Shown: one piece after another, positions 61,210-64,000 of the stretch
Layout of the letters: each line of letters starts with the position of its first letter
Numbering within the stretch: position 1 is the stretch's first letter
Virus record (IMG/VR): IMGVR_UViG_3300029288_000085
Coordinates: 80,335-144,334 of that record
DNA: 64,000 nt
Origin: a virus
Lineage: Duplodnaviria; Caudoviricetes
Reading direction: 5' to 3' (one strand)
Made by a program: the position numbers and the translations under genes
The notes under the pieces: model-generated
The model's input: the letters and a program-made list of their open reading frames with translations, nothing else
Databases searched by the model: none
Told to the model about the DNA's origin: nothing

Positions 61210-61827
61210 ATGTACAATTTCTCTACCACTAAATGTCATGAAGGTACAGTCTTTGCTTTCAAAGATCCAATTTCCCAAATAAAATTCTTTGGAGGAGGAA
61301 GAACAAAAGGAGTAAAGGTAGAAAAGCATCAAATCCTTATAGATGTCGGAATAAATCTAGACCAAACTATAGAAGTATCCGGTATAAGAGCTTTATTCAG
61401 ATTATCTAAAAGATATAATGTCAAAAAAATAAAAATAGATTGGGATGATCAAGGAGCACCAGATCTACCAAGAGCGTTTTGGATAGAGTTAGTTAATTCT
61501 CTAAGAAAAGAAAGGAGGGATATAGTTGTTGCTTGTGTGGGTGGTCATGGTAGAACTGGAACTGCATTATCTATTTTATGCAATCTAATTCTAAAAGAGA
61601 AAGATCCAATAACCTTTATCCGTAAACATTACTGTGAGGAGGCAGTAGAGTCACAACGTCAAATTAACTACATAGAAGAGATTTGCAATATAGATACTTC
61701 ACACATAAAACCAGCTTGGCGTCCATCAGTATATAGTGGAAAATTTGTACACTATGGATATGATGATGAAACAGGTAATTTTACGCAGTGGCCAAAAATA
61801 AATGCAACCAAAGGAGACAAGAAATGA
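61210..61827 (+). CDS. Cysteine-dependent (PTP/dual-specificity) phosphatase
   Basis: WDDQGAP general-acid loop, CVGGHGRTG CX5R motif, R..YC..AVES..Q. Confidence 0.85.
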   Translation: MYNFSTTKCHEGTVFAFKDPISQIKFFGGGRTKGVKVEKHQILIDVGINLDQTIEVSGIRALFRLSKRYNVKKIKIDWDDQGAPDLPRAFWIELVNSLRKERRDIVVACVGGHGRTGTALSILCNLILKEKDPITFIRKHYCEEAVESQRQINYIEEICNIDTSHIKPAWRPSVYSGKFVHYGYDDETGNFTQWPKINATKGDKK

Positions 61828-62174
61828 ATAAAGAATTTAAGAAAAGTCTAGCAGAAAGTGGTAAGGATTATATCGTCATTCAAGGTAGAATAAGAGATGG
61901 GAAACTCCATATTCAAGGCAAAGGACCATATATCAATAGAGATTATGGAGTAGCAACTAATATACCAGTTGCTGACCACTTCATAAAATTTATGGAGAGT
62001 TGTACACATTCCTTAACATCACTTGTAACAGATCGTGCATATGTACCTATGCAATTCCGAGTATACCCAGACAACTGGATTCATATCCAAATAAAAGGGC
62101 CACAGCACAACAGAAATTATGGAGCAGTTCTTGACGTTAAAAGTGATGATCTTCTGAAATTTGCTGCTGCATAA
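61824..62174 (+). CDS. Hypothetical protein with internal duplication
   Basis: Likely start MNKEF (AAGGAG RBS); LHIQGKGPYINRDYG / IHIQIKGPQHNRNYG. Confidence 0.65.
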   Translation: MNKEFKKSLAESGKDYIVIQGRIRDGKLHIQGKGPYINRDYGVATNIPVADHFIKFMESCTHSLTSLVTDRAYVPMQFRVYPDNWIHIQIKGPQHNRNYGAVLDVKSDDLLKFAAA

Positions 62175-62183
62175 ACAACTAAC

Positions 62184-62220
62184 ATGAGTTAGAGGAGTAG
62201 TTCATTCTCCTCTAACTCAT
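62184..62220 (+). terminator. 14-bp hairpin, terminator or processing site
   Basis: ATGAGTTAGAGGAG / CTCCTCTAACTCAT; weak U-tract. Confidence 0.5.
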
Positions 62221-62235
62221 TCGTGGAGGTAATTA

Positions 62236-63000
62236 ATGCCAACACTTTCAAATATATCAAGATGTTTCAGTACAACAGTAACTTCATTTTATATGGCCGA
62301 GTCTCTAAAAGTAAAACTAAATGAAATAATAAGTAATAATCGAGTTAGTTTCTTAAGAAAAAGATTTATTGAGAAGAAAGCAGAAGATTTTGAATATTTC
62401 AATCAAAAATACATAGATAATACAGCTAATGCTATTTTTGATTATTTAACACTAATATGTTTTGGTGAAGCTAGACATTGTTATGGTAACTGTAATTATA
62501 TATTAACAGATCAACTTCCCCATGGCCGCTTTGAGTGTTACAGATTTGTAACACGCTATGAACCATTCTCCTCTTTAGAAATTATGAAAGATCTTTTCTC
62601 TAAAGGATGGGGAATAGGATCTTCTTTGGGGGGTAAACAATGGATGTATATTGCAACAGTCGCATCTCAATATAAAAAAATACCAAATACTGCCTTTATT
62701 GATCAAGCAGTAAATCTTTATCACAACGGAGGATTATGTTTTGATAAAGGAATTATTTGGCATAATGCAAATCCTAATCTAATAAAATTTCTAACTGCCA
62801 AAAATGGTAAATATATTTGGGTAGAAAAAGGAGCAAGCATCTATATTAGTGAACTATATAAACATGTTAATGAGACTTTTCAAAATTTGAAAAAGATGAG
62901 ATACATTAGAGCAAACTTACTCTTTATTTCTAAAGAGTACGACCACTATGAAGAAATACAGTGGGGGAAAAAAAGACTTAGAGGAATACACCCGGTGTAA
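62236..63000 (+). CDS. Hypothetical enzyme-like protein, paralog of 60128-61207
   Basis: FGEARH...LGGKQW..IA...FIDQAVNLYHNGG.CFDK. Confidence 0.7.
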   Translation: MPTLSNISRCFSTTVTSFYMAESLKVKLNEIISNNRVSFLRKRFIEKKAEDFEYFNQKYIDNTANAIFDYLTLICFGEARHCYGNCNYILTDQLPHGRFECYRFVTRYEPFSSLEIMKDLFSKGWGIGSSLGGKQWMYIATVASQYKKIPNTAFIDQAVNLYHNGGLCFDKGIIWHNANPNLIKFLTAKNGKYIWVEKGASIYISELYKHVNETFQNLKKMRYIRANLLFISKEYDHYEEIQWGKKRLRGIHPV

Positions 63001-63002
63001 TT

Positions 63003-63941
63003 ATGCCTGAGCAAGAAATAGCAATTGAAAATTCAATACTGAAAGTAAGAGTTGGTAGCCATTTATATGGGACCAATTTGGAATCTTCTGATGAAGATTT
63101 CGTTGGTATATTTATACCTACAGAAGATTACATTCTTGGATTTAAAAGAATAGAACAAGTAGATATTTCAACAAAGTCTAAGCAACAAGATGGTAAGAAC
63201 TCTAAAGATGCAATTGATTATACTGCATATACTTTGCACAAGTTTGCAAGGTTAGCATTAGATAACAATCCTAATATTATAGAAATAATGTTTGTTGACT
63301 ATAAAAATGTCAATTTCATAAATAAAATAGGATCAGAGTTTCTTTCTTATAATATGAGTTTTCCATCCAAAAATATCAAGCATCGATTTCTTGGTTATGC
63401 TTTTTCACAAAAACACAAGATGGTAATTAAACTGGAAAATTATGAGAAGATTAATGAAGCAATCAGCTTTCTTGAAAGACATGAAGAACTCGAATTTGTG
63501 TTAGATATACAACATCCTCTATTTGAAAGGAAGAAGGATATTATTAGAGTGGGTGATGTTAATATTCCAGCAGCATTTAAATGTAAGAAAGCAAAAGAGA
63601 ATCTCCAAAGAAGATTGCAGACGTTTGGTAATAGGAAAGAATTAGTAGAGAGATACCACTATGACGTGAAGTTTGGATCACATTTAATTAGATTAATGAA
63701 AGAAGGAATTGAATTATTATCTACTGGATACTTAAAATTTCCTTTAGAATACAAAGATTTACTCATTGATATACGCACAGGTAAATATGAATTAGGACAA
63801 GTATTAGAACTCTCTGACAAATTAGAGAAAGAAACAGAAGAAACATACGAAAAGAGTAAACTCCCAAACACACCAGACTTCAACACAATTGAGCAATTTG
63901 TAATTAAAGTACATCGAGATTTAATTTTGAATAGAAAGTAG
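63003..63941 (+). CDS. Pol-beta-family nucleotidyltransferase (RlaP/Nuc-transf-like)
   Basis: VGSHLYGTN...SDED..GIF, NNPNIIE, GYA..Q, YDVK..SHLIRL, LIDIR.G, LP..PD. Confidence 0.85.
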   Translation: MPEQEIAIENSILKVRVGSHLYGTNLESSDEDFVGIFIPTEDYILGFKRIEQVDISTKSKQQDGKNSKDAIDYTAYTLHKFARLALDNNPNIIEIMFVDYKNVNFINKIGSEFLSYNMSFPSKNIKHRFLGYAFSQKHKMVIKLENYEKINEAISFLERHEELEFVLDIQHPLFERKKDIIRVGDVNIPAAFKCKKAKENLQRRLQTFGNRKELVERYHYDVKFGSHLIRLMKEGIELLSTGYLKFPLEYKDLLIDIRTGKYELGQVLELSDKLEKETEETYEKSKLPNTPDFNTIEQFVIKVHRDLILNRK

Positions 63942-64000
63942 TAGGTTTTTAAAATGGAAGTAGGTAAACACATAATACAAAAACTTATGGAACACAATCA

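Noticed and set aside
1-64000. Genome-wide stop-codon reassignment
   Set aside because: Long genes are intact in code 11, and TAA, TAG and TGA all terminate genes, often in ATGA overlaps. Only two local in-frame TGA cases were found.

Overview
The window is a segment of an AT-rich tailed dsDNA bacteriophage genome with a bacterial host (Shine-Dalgarno sites, sigma70 and sigma54 boxes). Positions 1-43.3 kb on the minus strand form the late region. It runs small and large terminase, portal, scaffold, decoration protein and Mu-gpT-like major capsid. Next comes a ~23 kb island of about 25 glycan synthesis and modification genes: about 11 glycosyltransferase domains, 6 SAM methyltransferase domains, RmlB, a DegT aminotransferase, acyltransferases, a B12 radical SAM enzyme, and APS kinase plus sulfotransferase. 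The island is followed by a 736-aa protein with a ~500-residue poly-serine stalk, a fibre-adaptor/head-tail adaptor fusion and the neck genes. Positions 43.5-64 kb on the plus strand hold many small early/middle genes, a C5 methyltransferase, two nucleotidyltransferases and a CX5R phosphatase. Main hypotheses: (1) a phage-encoded, mucin-like, methylated/acylated/sulfated virion glycocalyx built on the Ser-rich neck fibre; (2) a non-coding array of 11 sigma54 (-24/-12) boxes interspersed with IHF sites at the start of the early region; (3) an in-frame TGA at a Cys-like position followed by a SECIS-like hairpin, a candidate phage selenoprotein; (4) three internally deleted homing endonuclease scars; (5) a second protein carrying the scaffold's C-terminal motif. 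All functional calls come from reading motifs by eye; no database searches were run.
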